In this document: positions 18,780 to 27,475 of the stretch, one piece after another | Layout: each line of letters starts with the position of its first letter | Position numbering within the stretch: position 1 is the first letter of the stretch | Assembly (NCBI GenBank): GCA_965218695.1 | Contig: OZ244651.1 | Coordinates: forward strand, 1,280,001-1,344,000 | Direction: 5' to 3' | From: Nitrosopumilus sp. | GTDB lineage: Archaea; Thermoproteota; Nitrososphaeria; Nitrososphaerales; Nitrosopumilaceae | DNA: 64,000 nt | Notes under the pieces: generated by a model | Database searches by the model: none | Seen by the model: only the letters and a program-made list of their open reading frames with translations | What the model was told of the DNA's origin: nothing | Made by a program: the position numbers and the translations under genes

Positions 18780-19552
18780 ACCTTTGTTACCTCGAGTCCG
18801 GTATTCTTGAGCATCTCAAAAACCTTTTGCTTGTATCCGCCAAGCCCCTTCCAGTCCAGCAGGGCAGTCTCTGCCATGCTGTTTCGCGCAAGGATGTGTG
18901 ACAGGAGGTCCTCGTCAAGGTGCTCAAGGGCATGCTTTGGAACCACGGTTCCAAGCGCGTGCCTTCCATCGAGAATCTCTTCTGTAAATTTTACAGAATA
19001 GTGCGTTCCTCCAAAACAGACTGCCACGGGGTATTGCGGGATGGGATGCGACATTACCTGATGGACCAGTGCGGCGACAGAGTTGCACAGCGAGACGTCG
19101 TTCCACTGGAGTTTTGTGGTTCCCACCTCGATGAATATGGCCGGCCTGTTCAGCGCGGTGGGCCCGTGGTGCGTCGCCTCTATGGTGATCTCAAAGCCGG
19201 GAAATCTGGTCCGGTTCTGCTGCAGGGTCTGAAGATACGTCTTTTGAAGATGCGGGTGCGGGATTGCAACCTCTCCCTGCCGTCCCCCGTACAGTGCCTC
19301 TGCAAAGTTTCCCGTACTGTGGCATGTAAGTGCAGGCACTCCTGCCTCCGAGGCGTGCTTTGAGAGGAACACAAACCCGTCATAGCTGTATCTCTCCTCC
19401 AGCCAGTCTGCAGATATGGCAGGCGTTGGAATTACCAGCAGGTCATAGTACCCTCCACAGAAGACATCTCCCTTCTTTGTCATGCTGCCTGCAAGAAACC
19501 TTGCCATGTTGTGGCCTGCGGGGTCGTCCTTGTATGCTACCAGCAACTCCAT
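18776..19552 (-). CDS. dtdA: D-aminoacyl-tRNA deacylase (archaeal DTD2)
   Basis: FLSKHAS, LTCHSTGNF, EATHHGP, FGGTHY. Confidence 0.9.
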   Translation of the reverse strand: MELLVAYKDDPAGHNMARFLAGSMTKKGDVFCGGYYDLLVIPTPAISADWLEERYSYDGFVFLSKHASEAGVPALTCHSTGNFAEALYGGRQGEVAIPHPHLQKTYLQTLQQNRTRFPGFEITIEATHHGPTALNRPAIFIEVGTTKLQWNDVSLCNSVAALVHQVMSHPIPQYPVAVCFGGTHYSVKFTEEILDGRHALGTVVPKHALEHLDEDLLSHILARNSMAETALLDWKGLGGYKQKVFEMLKNTGLEVTKV

Positions 19553-19591
19553 TAGCTAAGAGATATAAGGCAACCCTATTAATTTCCACCA

Positions 19592-19765
19592 ATGAACCCT
19601 AGGTATACTTTAAAGAACATGCTCAACACCATGAAGATGGCCAAGAAGCCTGACAAGGATGAGTACCAGCAGCATCTCAGACTGGTTCTGCTGGGAATAG
19701 CAGGCGTTGGAACCATCGGATTTATCATCCAGTTCGTCTTTTCCGTGATTACATTTGGTGGGTAG
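19592..19765 (+). CDS. secE: Protein translocase SecE/Sec61-gamma
   Basis: Hand translation ...MAKKPDKDEYQQHLRLVLLGIAGVGTIGFIIQ...; directly upstream of spt5. Confidence 0.9.
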   Translation: MNPRYTLKNMLNTMKMAKKPDKDEYQQHLRLVLLGIAGVGTIGFIIQFVFSVITFGG

Positions 19766-19767
19766 AA

Positions 19768-20226
19768 TTGTCCGAAGAGATAAAATCACATCTGTTTGCA
19801 ATACGAACCACCGGGGGTCAGGAGAAGGTGGTGATGAGGCTGCTGGAGGCAAAGGCCAAGTCAAACAAGATAAACATCCAGTCCGTACTGCTGGTTGACA
19901 ACCTAAAGGGGTATGTGGTTATTGAGGCAATCAATCCAAGTGATGCATACATGGCAGTAGAGGGAGTCAGGCATATCCGGGGTCAGCTGAGAGGCGAACT
20001 GGAGTTCAAGGACATTGAAGGATACCTGATAAAGAGGTCAACTGTATCCCAGCTGGCCATAGACAACATCGTGGAGATCACCGGAGGGCCGTTCAAGGGA
20101 ATGAAGGCCACCATTACCAGGATAGACGTGGAGAAGGAGGAGGCCACCGTGGTGTTGCTGGATGCCTCGTATCAGTTGCCTGTTACCGTGGATGCAAACT
20201 ATCTGAAACTTTCAAGTGAGGCTTAG
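19768..20226 (+). CDS. spt5: Transcription elongation factor Spt5 (NusG)
   Basis: RTTGGQE, LKGYVVIEA, KOW motif VEITGGPFKG. Confidence 0.95.
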   Translation: MSEEIKSHLFAIRTTGGQEKVVMRLLEAKAKSNKINIQSVLLVDNLKGYVVIEAINPSDAYMAVEGVRHIRGQLRGELEFKDIEGYLIKRSTVSQLAIDNIVEITGGPFKGMKATITRIDVEKEEATVVLLDASYQLPVTVDANYLKLSSEA

Positions 20227-20261
20227 CAAGGATTAAATTTTTCATACTGGGATGAACTGAC

Positions 20262-20741
20262 ATGGGAGAACAAAAAATAGAATCATTGGTGACCGGCGGA
20301 GCAGCGTCTGCGGGTCCGCCCCTGGGCCCGGCACTGGGCCCATTGGGAGTCAACATCATGCAGGTCATCAAGGCAATCAACGACAAGACCAAGGACTTTG
20401 AGGGAATGAAGGTTCCGGTCGCCGTGATCGTGGACGGTGACACCAAGGAGTACAGAATCGAGGTAGGGATTCCCTCGGCTGCAGCCCTCATCATGAAGGA
20501 TGCAGGAATTCAAAAGGGCTCCGGAACATCGGGCACAGAGTGGGTAGGAGACGTAACCATGGACTCCATAATCAAGGTGGCAAACACGAAACTTGAAAAG
20601 TCATATGCCTCGTCGCTAAAGTCCGTTGCAAAGACTGTCATTGGTACGTGCCTCAGCCTGGGGATAAGGGTGGAGGGAATGACTCCAAAAGAGATCACCG
20701 CCGAGATCAACGCAGGCAAGTGGGACGCAAAGTTCCAATAG
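20262..20741 (+). CDS. rpl11: Ribosomal protein L11
   Basis: GPPLGPALGPLGVN, GTCLSLGI. Confidence 0.96.
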   Translation: MGEQKIESLVTGGAASAGPPLGPALGPLGVNIMQVIKAINDKTKDFEGMKVPVAVIVDGDTKEYRIEVGIPSAAALIMKDAGIQKGSGTSGTEWVGDVTMDSIIKVANTKLEKSYASSLKSVAKTVIGTCLSLGIRVEGMTPKEITAEINAGKWDAKFQ

Positions 20742-21197
20742 CTACCGAATCAGGTAAAACGGATCCTTGTCGGTCTTTTGCAGCTCTACAAACGTCTCGG
20801 TGTTGTAGATGCCCGGGATCCTTCCAATCTTTTCAATGACTATGGTGTGCAGGGTGCTCAGATCCTTTGCATAAACTTGAATTATCATGTCAAACCTTCC
20901 TGTAACCTCTGATATCGATACCACCTCGTCGGTATTCATGAGGCTGCCATGTATCGTATTCTTGAGCTTGGGATCGCGGTTGATTCCAACCGAGGCCTTG
21001 ACGCTTATTCCGAGGAGGGCATCGTCTATCTCGATGGTGAACTTCTTGATCAGTCCGTTCTTGGTCATCCTCTTGATCCGGCTGTACAGGACCGATGCGT
21101 TGATCCCCATCTTTTTGGACAGGATTGGAATCGAGACGGAGCCGTCCTGCACCAACTCGTAAAGCAGCGTTATGTCCAGTTCGTCGAATTTGGGCAT
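20742..21197 (-). CDS. Lrp/AsnC family transcriptional regulator
   Basis: MPKFDELDITLLYEL HTH; EVTGRFD RAM-domain motif. Confidence 0.9.
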   Translation of the reverse strand: MPKFDELDITLLYELVQDGSVSIPILSKKMGINASVLYSRIKRMTKNGLIKKFTIEIDDALLGISVKASVGINRDPKLKNTIHGSLMNTDEVVSISEVTGRFDMIIQVYAKDLSTLHTIVIEKIGRIPGIYNTETFVELQKTDKDPFYLIR

Positions 21198-21290
21198 GTT
21201 GCCTGAAAATTCTCTGGTAGACTTAATATGTGTAGGTTTTGGGATGTATCTGACAGGAATTATAGGCATTCCTCCTAAAAGGTGTAATTT

Positions 21291-23054
21291 GTAATTGTTT
21301 CGCTTTTTGAAGTAACCGGATGGCCTAGCGGACATCCATGGTACCGGGAATGAATCTAATAATTTCGTACTCGGGATGACAAAGTTAGACCATCGCGATC
21401 CAAGTACGAGTGGGTGCCAGTCCCTTCGATCTTTGGAAATGAAGGAACCAGCACGCCGAACATGCTTGGAGGCGGAGGAATTTAAGGCAATGCACGAACA
21501 CTCCTTGCCGCAAATCCCGCTGGATGCCGGGGCGTGCATGGAACCAGGGTGCAGGTGCTGCCTGCACTGGGCAAAAATGTTCGGCGACGTGCTAGGCCCA
21601 ACCCGCAAGATCCTGGAGGCAGCCTGCGAAATTGCAGGCGAGTCGGGCGCAGACTGGAAGGAGGCCGGGCGCCTGCAGGCGCTCGTCTCGTCCCTCACAG
21701 AGGACAACAAGAGGTACGCCAAGACAAACAGGGATCTCAACGCCAAGGCAAACGGGATCAGCGTCCCCGCGCCCAAGAAGAAGGCCGGTCAGGGAAAGAA
21801 GGCCGCCGGCAGGCCCAAGGGGCAGAAACCCACCGTCAACTGCAGGCCAAAGCGCGTGGACCGCGTCGAGGAGATCGACTGCAAGGAGTGCCCCGACTGC
21901 GGCGGCGGGCTCTCTGGGAGGGTGACTGCCGAGTACGATCGCATCGTGACTGTCATGCGCGTCCTGTTGGAGAACGTCAGGTACGTCATCAAGCGGCGCT
22001 GGTGCCGCGTGTGCAAAAGACAGGTCTCCGGGAGGGTTCCCGGCGCGGCAAAACACGCGCGCCGTTCATCAAACTTTGACGCGGTCATGACGTCCCTGAA
22101 CATGAATGGCATGTCGCATGCCAGGACCGCAGAATTTGGCGGCGACGCGTTGGGGCACGTAACCTCGCGCTCGTCTGCCTACCGCGGCAAGATCAGGCAG
22201 GCCGGGCGCATGGCGCCGGAACGCGATTCGGTAAGGGAGCGCGTGCTGGAGGCGCCACACCTGAACGTAGACGAGTTTCACTGGCCGCTGGGCGGCAAGC
22301 GCGGCTACGGGATAGTGGCTCTGGCAAAAAATCACTGCCTCGTGGAGGTGGCCGACTCGCGGGACATCAAGACGCTCCGCCAGACGCTCCCGGGCTACCG
22401 GGGAACCATAACGCAGGACTCGTATCCCGGGTGGCTCCACGTGGGATCGTGCCGCCAGATGTGCGTGTGGCACCAGGAACGCCTGGTGCAAAAGGACGTC
22501 CTGACCAACCCCGGGGGTGACGTTCCGGCGTTTCTGGACAGGCTGTCGGCAATCCACATGAAGATTTACCGCGCCTCCAGGATCAAGGACCGGCACCCAA
22601 GGATCGTCGCTGCCCGCTGCATAGACGCGGAGCTGCGCGAGCTGATGAACGAACCGTTTGCAGGCGACGGGGACGGCACCATCGCCCGGCACAAGAAGAG
22701 GTACCCGCGGGAGGGATATTTCATGACCACCTGCCTGCACGTGGACGGCATCGAGCCTGACAACAACGCAGTCGAGAGGGCCAACCGGAGGTTCGTGGCC
22801 GTAAGGAGCGACGGGGGCGGGAACCGCTCCAGGAAGGGCATGGATGCCAACTCGATCCTGTTCACGCTGCTGGCAACTGACAGGATCAACAAGGACAGCT
22901 TCTTTGATCACCTGGTCCGCTCGTCTTCCGGGGACGGATGAGGCGCCGTCCGACGGCACGTGCAGTGCGTCACGGGGAAAAAGAGTCCACGGTAAGGGGA
23001 AGGCTGCACCCGCTCCGCTGCCAAGCAGCCCACTTCAAAAAGCGAAACTATTAC
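21291..23054 (+). mobile_element. IS66-family IS, single-ORF type (1764 bp)
   Basis: IR GTAA(T/A variant)GTTTCGCTTTTTGAAGT, 22/23 match; 8-bp TSD TGTAATTT at 21283-21290 and 23055-23062. Confidence 0.9.
21376..22941 (+). CDS. IS66-family (TnpC-like) transposase
   Basis: Coiled coil, GRPKGQKP, CPDCGG Zn finger, NVDE, QDSY, QMCVWH, PDNNAVERANR. Confidence 0.88.
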   Translation: MTKLDHRDPSTSGCQSLRSLEMKEPARRTCLEAEEFKAMHEHSLPQIPLDAGACMEPGCRCCLHWAKMFGDVLGPTRKILEAACEIAGESGADWKEAGRLQALVSSLTEDNKRYAKTNRDLNAKANGISVPAPKKKAGQGKKAAGRPKGQKPTVNCRPKRVDRVEEIDCKECPDCGGGLSGRVTAEYDRIVTVMRVLLENVRYVIKRRWCRVCKRQVSGRVPGAAKHARRSSNFDAVMTSLNMNGMSHARTAEFGGDALGHVTSRSSAYRGKIRQAGRMAPERDSVRERVLEAPHLNVDEFHWPLGGKRGYGIVALAKNHCLVEVADSRDIKTLRQTLPGYRGTITQDSYPGWLHVGSCRQMCVWHQERLVQKDVLTNPGGDVPAFLDRLSAIHMKIYRASRIKDRHPRIVAARCIDAELRELMNEPFAGDGDGTIARHKKRYPREGYFMTTCLHVDGIEPDNNAVERANRRFVAVRSDGGGNRSRKGMDANSILFTLLATDRINKDSFFDHLVRSSSGDG

Positions 23055-23286
23055 TGTAATTTTTCAAAACCGCATACAGAAAAGATCCGATGCCCGGCAC
23101 CGCGATGCCAGTGTATGGCACCACGTGGCCGACGGGTGATGCATGACCTGCGTCACTTGAGTCACGTATACCCTCAGGCCCCTCCAAATAATTTAGGCCG
23201 TGATTGCTGTTGCGGGTATTTCTTCTTCACATGGGGGCGGTTTAATCTTAACGATTTTAAGTAGGCTACCTAGAAAGCACACCGTA

Positions 23287-23949
23287 ATGATTACAGAGTC
23301 ACAGCTTACAGAGATTATAAAGGAGGCCAAGAGTGCAGGCAAGCCAAGAGGGTTCAAGCAGTCCGTGGAACTGATTGTAAACTTTAAGGATATTGACGTA
23401 AAGAAGGGGTTTGCCATAAACGAGGTGGTGCAGCTTCCGAAGAACATCTCCCCGTCGACTGTATGCGTCATGGCCACAGGAGACATGGGCCAGAAGGCAA
23501 AGCAGGCCAACGCAGACGCGGTTGTGGGGACAGAGGATCTGGATCGGTTTGCCATAAACAAGAGGGAGTCAAGAAAGTTCATCAACAAGTACGACTTTTT
23601 TCTGGCAGACACCAAGGTCATGCCGACTGTGGGAAAGACCCTTGGTCAGCTGCTAGGACCCAGGGGAAAGATGCCGACGCCTGTTCCATTCAATGCCCCG
23701 ATCGAGTCATTCCTTCAGAGGTTCCGCACGTCAATCAAGATAAGGACGAGGGCGTCACTGTCACTATCGTGCAAGATTGGCGACGAGACTATGGATGATG
23801 CGGATCTGGCAGTCAACGCGCATGCAATTCTTGGCGCAATAGAAAAGAAGCTGCCAAACGGCGAGAGAAACATCAAGAGGGTCATGGTAAAGACCACCAT
23901 GGGCAGTCCCGTAAAACAGATGCAGGAGATCAAGAAGAGACATGCATGA
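23287..23949 (+). CDS. rpl1: Ribosomal protein L1
   Basis: FKQSVELIVN, LGPRGKMP, VKTTMG. Confidence 0.96.
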   Translation: MITESQLTEIIKEAKSAGKPRGFKQSVELIVNFKDIDVKKGFAINEVVQLPKNISPSTVCVMATGDMGQKAKQANADAVVGTEDLDRFAINKRESRKFINKYDFFLADTKVMPTVGKTLGQLLGPRGKMPTPVPFNAPIESFLQRFRTSIKIRTRASLSLSCKIGDETMDDADLAVNAHAILGAIEKKLPNGERNIKRVMVKTTMGSPVKQMQEIKKRHA

Positions 23950-24808
23950 GAACCGGACGACCTATCCGGCAAAAAAGACCCGGATATATCAGCAGCTGCA
24001 GAGCCTTCCCAGCAGATACAGGGTCATGGCCCTTGTCAGGATGGAGAAGGTACGCTCCACGCAGATCCTGCCGCTGCGAAAGACTCTCAAGGATGATGTC
24101 GAGTTTGTAAGCATCAAGGACAAGATCGCACAAAAGGCGCTCAGGGCGCTTGACGTTCTTGGAATTGCCGACATGGCCGACGAGCTCACCGGACAGTGCA
24201 TGTTCCTCCTTACCAACATGTCCCCGTTCAAGCTCAACATACTGCTGGCCAAGAACAGAATGATGATGGCAGCAAGGGGAGGCGATGTTGCTAGCATCGA
24301 TGTGGTCGTGCCCGCAAAGAATACCGGAATCGCCCCAGGCCCGATGCTGACAGAGTTCAAGGACGCAGGAATTCCAACCAAGATCGATCAGGGGACCATC
24401 TGGATTGCAAAGGACAGCACGCCTGTTCTCAAGGGTGAGGTGATCAACGAGAAACTAGCCTCGATTCTGGGCAAGCTGGACATCAAGCCCATTGAGGCCG
24501 GAATATCACTTTATGCTGCATTCGAGGACGGCTCCAAGTACTCAAAAGACGATCTTGTAGTGGATGTTGAGGAGGTGCAAGACGAACTGGTGCGGGCATA
24601 CCATGAGGCAGTCTCGCTTTCAGTCGAGGCATCATACGTTACTCCTGAAAACGTCTCTCAGATACTTGGACGTGCCGCACAGCATGCGCGCTCACTGTCT
24701 GTAGAGTCCGGCTTTATGACAGATCAGACAAAACAGGAGATCCTTCAAAGGGCTCATTCCAGGGCAAGATCTCTGGCAGACCAGACCGACAACTATACTC
24801 CGGGATAA
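23942..24808 (+). CDS. rpl10: Ribosomal protein L10 (P0)
   Basis: VPAKNTGIAPGP, GIPTKID; follows rpl1. Confidence 0.95.
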   Translation: MHENRTTYPAKKTRIYQQLQSLPSRYRVMALVRMEKVRSTQILPLRKTLKDDVEFVSIKDKIAQKALRALDVLGIADMADELTGQCMFLLTNMSPFKLNILLAKNRMMMAARGGDVASIDVVVPAKNTGIAPGPMLTEFKDAGIPTKIDQGTIWIAKDSTPVLKGEVINEKLASILGKLDIKPIEAGISLYAAFEDGSKYSKDDLVVDVEEVQDELVRAYHEAVSLSVEASYVTPENVSQILGRAAQHARSLSVESGFMTDQTKQEILQRAHSRARSLADQTDNYTPG

Positions 24809-24991
24809 TATCATGATGACCGGATTCGTCTCCGGGAGCAGTAGCAACAGCAGCTAAACCCGGCACGGGGTTCGGCATAAACGACCCCTGATATCCGTTG
24901 GCAACTGCCGCTGCTGCCGCTGGACTAATTGGGAAATGATTACGGACAACCGACCATAAAATAAAACAATATTCAAAGGTTGGAGGTTGGT

Positions 24992-25300
24992 CTAACCAAA
25001 CAGGGAAGACAGTCCTTCCATGGCTGCTTCCTCGGTCTTGCCTACATCCTTGGGCTCCTCTTCCTTCTTGGCTTCAGTCTCTTCTACATCTGCTGGTGCT
25101 GCCGCCGCCGTTGCTGCAACTGCGACAGGCGCAGCCTTTACTGCCTCGTCAATGTTTACATCGGCCAATGCTGCAACAAGTGCCTTGACTTGAGTCTCAT
25201 TGACTTCTGCACCTGATGCCTTTACTACCGAACTGATGTTTTCTTCGTTGACATTCTTGTTCAGCTTGTGAAGAAGCAGAGCTGCGTAAACGTATTCCAT
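24992..25300 (-). CDS. rpl12: Ribosomal protein L12 (P1)
   Basis: [11 protein letters not shown], Ala/Glu hinge, GLSSLFG C-terminus. Confidence 0.95.
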   Translation of the reverse strand: MEYVYAALLLHKLNKNVNEENISSVVKASGAEVNETQVKALVAALADVNIDEAVKAAPVAVAATAAAAPADVEETEAKKEEEPKDVGKTEEAAMEGLSSLFG

Positions 25301-25701
25301 GAAACCCGAACCCGACAGACATAATATAAAACTATGGAGATTTTCTTGGTAACCATCTGGGTTTGATATCTGCAACATTGGAATCGGGCGTAACTGGCCA
25401 CCTGCTTTTTTTATACGCACTGATCCGCGCCTGAAAAATTTACCGGGACATGCTTCCGTTTAGATCGTGGTGTCTAAAAACCGCCACATGCGCAGATCCA
25501 ACCTAGCTCGGGGAGTTTAGAAGACTGGCCGCAGGGAATGAAAGGTTCAGGACCAGGGTGAAAAAATTAGAGGCCGAGCTGGTTGCAGAGGGACCAAGCC
25601 TGCACGTAAAAGAGATTGTCTGGAATTGGGGATGGCATGGCGCGATAGAAAAATGGGAAGGTATGAAAACACACACTCTCCACCGCCATCGCCTGCCGAT
25701 T

Positions 25702-25762
25702 GTAACTGGTTAGGTTCACGACTGGATTTTGAGGTCAACAGACAGCGAACCTAACCTTTTAC
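25702..25762. mobile_element. 61-bp MITE-like element with GTAA...TTAC ends
   Basis: IR GTAACTGGTTAGGTTC / GAACCTAACCTTTTAC (14/16); perfect 9-bp DR CTGCCGATT at 25693-25701 and 25763-25771. Confidence 0.75.
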
Positions 25763-25885
25763 CTGCCGATTCCCCGTAAGAGATAATAAGGAAACTTGAT
25801 TCGAATCGAAATATCTCATGATCAGACTTGGGCCCAAAATGATCATCCATGGGGGCGTAATCCCCTGACCAATATACAGGGCACC

Positions 25886-27475
25886 ATGGTTACTGACAGG
25901 TTCTCAGCCCAACTGGCAGAATTTGGAATCAGGCCATCCAAGGTTCACCGCAATCTGGCCGTAGAGGACATGGTGAATATGGCAACCGAGAGGGGAGAGG
26001 CTGTGACAAGCACGGCAGGCGCCATCTCCGTAAATACCGGCAAGTACACCGGACGATCGCCTGACGACCGCTTTATCGTGTATGATGATGTGACTCGCGA
26101 TACGGTTGACTGGGGAAAGATCAACCACAAGTTTCCAAGCGACATGTTCGGCATGATTCTTGAAAAGATGAAAAAATTTGTAGACGGCAGGGAGCTCTTT
26201 GTCTTTGACGGCTTTGTGGGCGCAGATCCAAAAAACCGCCTGCCGATCCGTGTCATCAACGACCATGTCTGGCAGAGCCTCTTCTCCAGAAACCTGTTCA
26301 TCAGACCGACAGACGAGGAACTGAAGCGGCACGAGCCCGAATTTACCGTCATGTGCATCAACGACTTCAAGGCCATCCCGGAGGTTGACGGAACCCGGAC
26401 TGACGTCTTCATACTGGTTGATCTGACCAGGAAGATTGTTCTCATCGGCGGCACTGCGTATGCCGGGGAGATAAAAAAATCCATGTTTACCGTGATGAAC
26501 TTTCTCCTGCCTGAGCGTGGCGTCTTTCCGATGCACTGCTCTGCAAACATAGGGACTGACGGAGACACCGTACTGTTCTTCGGACTGTCAGGCACCGGCA
26601 AGACCACGCTGTCCACCGATCCCAACAGGAGGCTTGTGGGTGATGACGAGCACGGCTGGTCTGATAACGGCACATTCAACTTCGAGGGGGGATGCTATGC
26701 AAAATGCATCCGCCTGAGCCAGGAGGCAGAGCCTGAGATATGGAATGCCATCCGGGACGGCTCGGTTCTTGAAAATGTCGTACTGAATAACGGCGTGTCA
26801 GACTATGATGATGACAGTCTTACCGAGAATACCCGGGTCGCATACCCGCTCCACTACATCCCGGGTGCGGTAACTCCAAGCGTGGCGGGAAACCCAAAGA
26901 TTATAGTATTTCTGACTGCCGATGCCCTGGGGGTGCTGCCTCCAGTATCCAGGCTGACAAGGGAGGGAGCCATGTACCACTTTATGTCCGGGTATACCAG
27001 CAAGCTTGCAGGAACCGAGAGGGGCATCAAGGAGCCCAAATTCGTATTCTCGGAGTGCTTTGGGGCCCCATTCATGCCCAGGCCAGCATCCGTATACGCA
27101 AGGCTGCTGGGAAAAAAGATCAACGAACATAACGCAGTCGTCTATCTTGTAAACACCGGCTGGTCGGGCGGGCCGTACGGGACGGGCAAAAGAATCTCAA
27201 TCAAGTACAGCCGTGCAATGGTTACCGCTGCGCTGTCTGGAGCACTTGACGATGCAGAGTACAGGCACGATGACCTGTTCAACTTGGACATCCCCGTACG
27301 CGTCGATGGCGTCCCGTCCGAGATTCTAAACCCCATGAACACTTGGGATGACAAGGAGCTGTACCTGGCCTCGGCCAAGCGGCTTGCAGAGATGTTTGTT
27401 ACAAACTTTAAACAGTTCGAGGACGTCTCGTCAAAGATTGCAGATGCGGGCCCTAACCTTTCATCGCAGCAGTAG
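25886..27475 (+). CDS. pckA: Phosphoenolpyruvate carboxykinase (ATP)
   Basis: TGRSP, YAGEIKK, PMHCSAN, GLSGTGKTT, GDDEHGW, NFEGGCYAK. Confidence 0.96.
   Translation: MVTDRFSAQLAEFGIRPSKVHRNLAVEDMVNMATERGEAVTSTAGAISVNTGKYTGRSPDDRFIVYDDVTRDTVDWGKINHKFPSDMFGMILEKMKKFVDGRELFVFDGFVGADPKNRLPIRVINDHVWQSLFSRNLFIRPTDEELKRHEPEFTVMCINDFKAIPEVDGTRTDVFILVDLTRKIVLIGGTAYAGEIKKSMFTVMNFLLPERGVFPMHCSANIGTDGDTVLFFGLSGTGKTTLSTDPNRRLVGDDEHGWSDNGTFNFEGGCYAKCIRLSQEAEPEIWNAIRDGSVLENVVLNNGVSDYDDDSLTENTRVAYPLHYIPGAVTPSVAGNPKIIVFLTADALGVLPPVSRLTREGAMYHFMSGYTSKLAGTERGIKEPKFVFSECFGAPFMPRPASVYARLLGKKINEHNAVVYLVNTGWSGGPYGTGKRISIKYSRAMVTAALSGALDDAEYRHDDLFNLDIPVRVDGVPSEILNPMNTWDDKELYLASAKRLAEMFVTNFKQFEDVSSKIADAGPNLSSQQ

Noticed and set aside
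21198-21776. Long N-terminal extension of the Lrp ORF (344 aa in the track)
   Set aside because: It runs through the promoter into the IS66 element; the Lrp fold starts at ATG 21197
24837-24855. 18/19-nt match to 7246-7264 (AGCAGTAGCAAC(A/G)GCAGCT)
   Set aside because: Low-complexity GCA-rich sequence; convergence by slippage is sufficient
25390-25443. GTAACTGG...TTAC as a third mini-element
   Set aside because: Arms are not complementary beyond 4 nt and flanks are not duplicated in register
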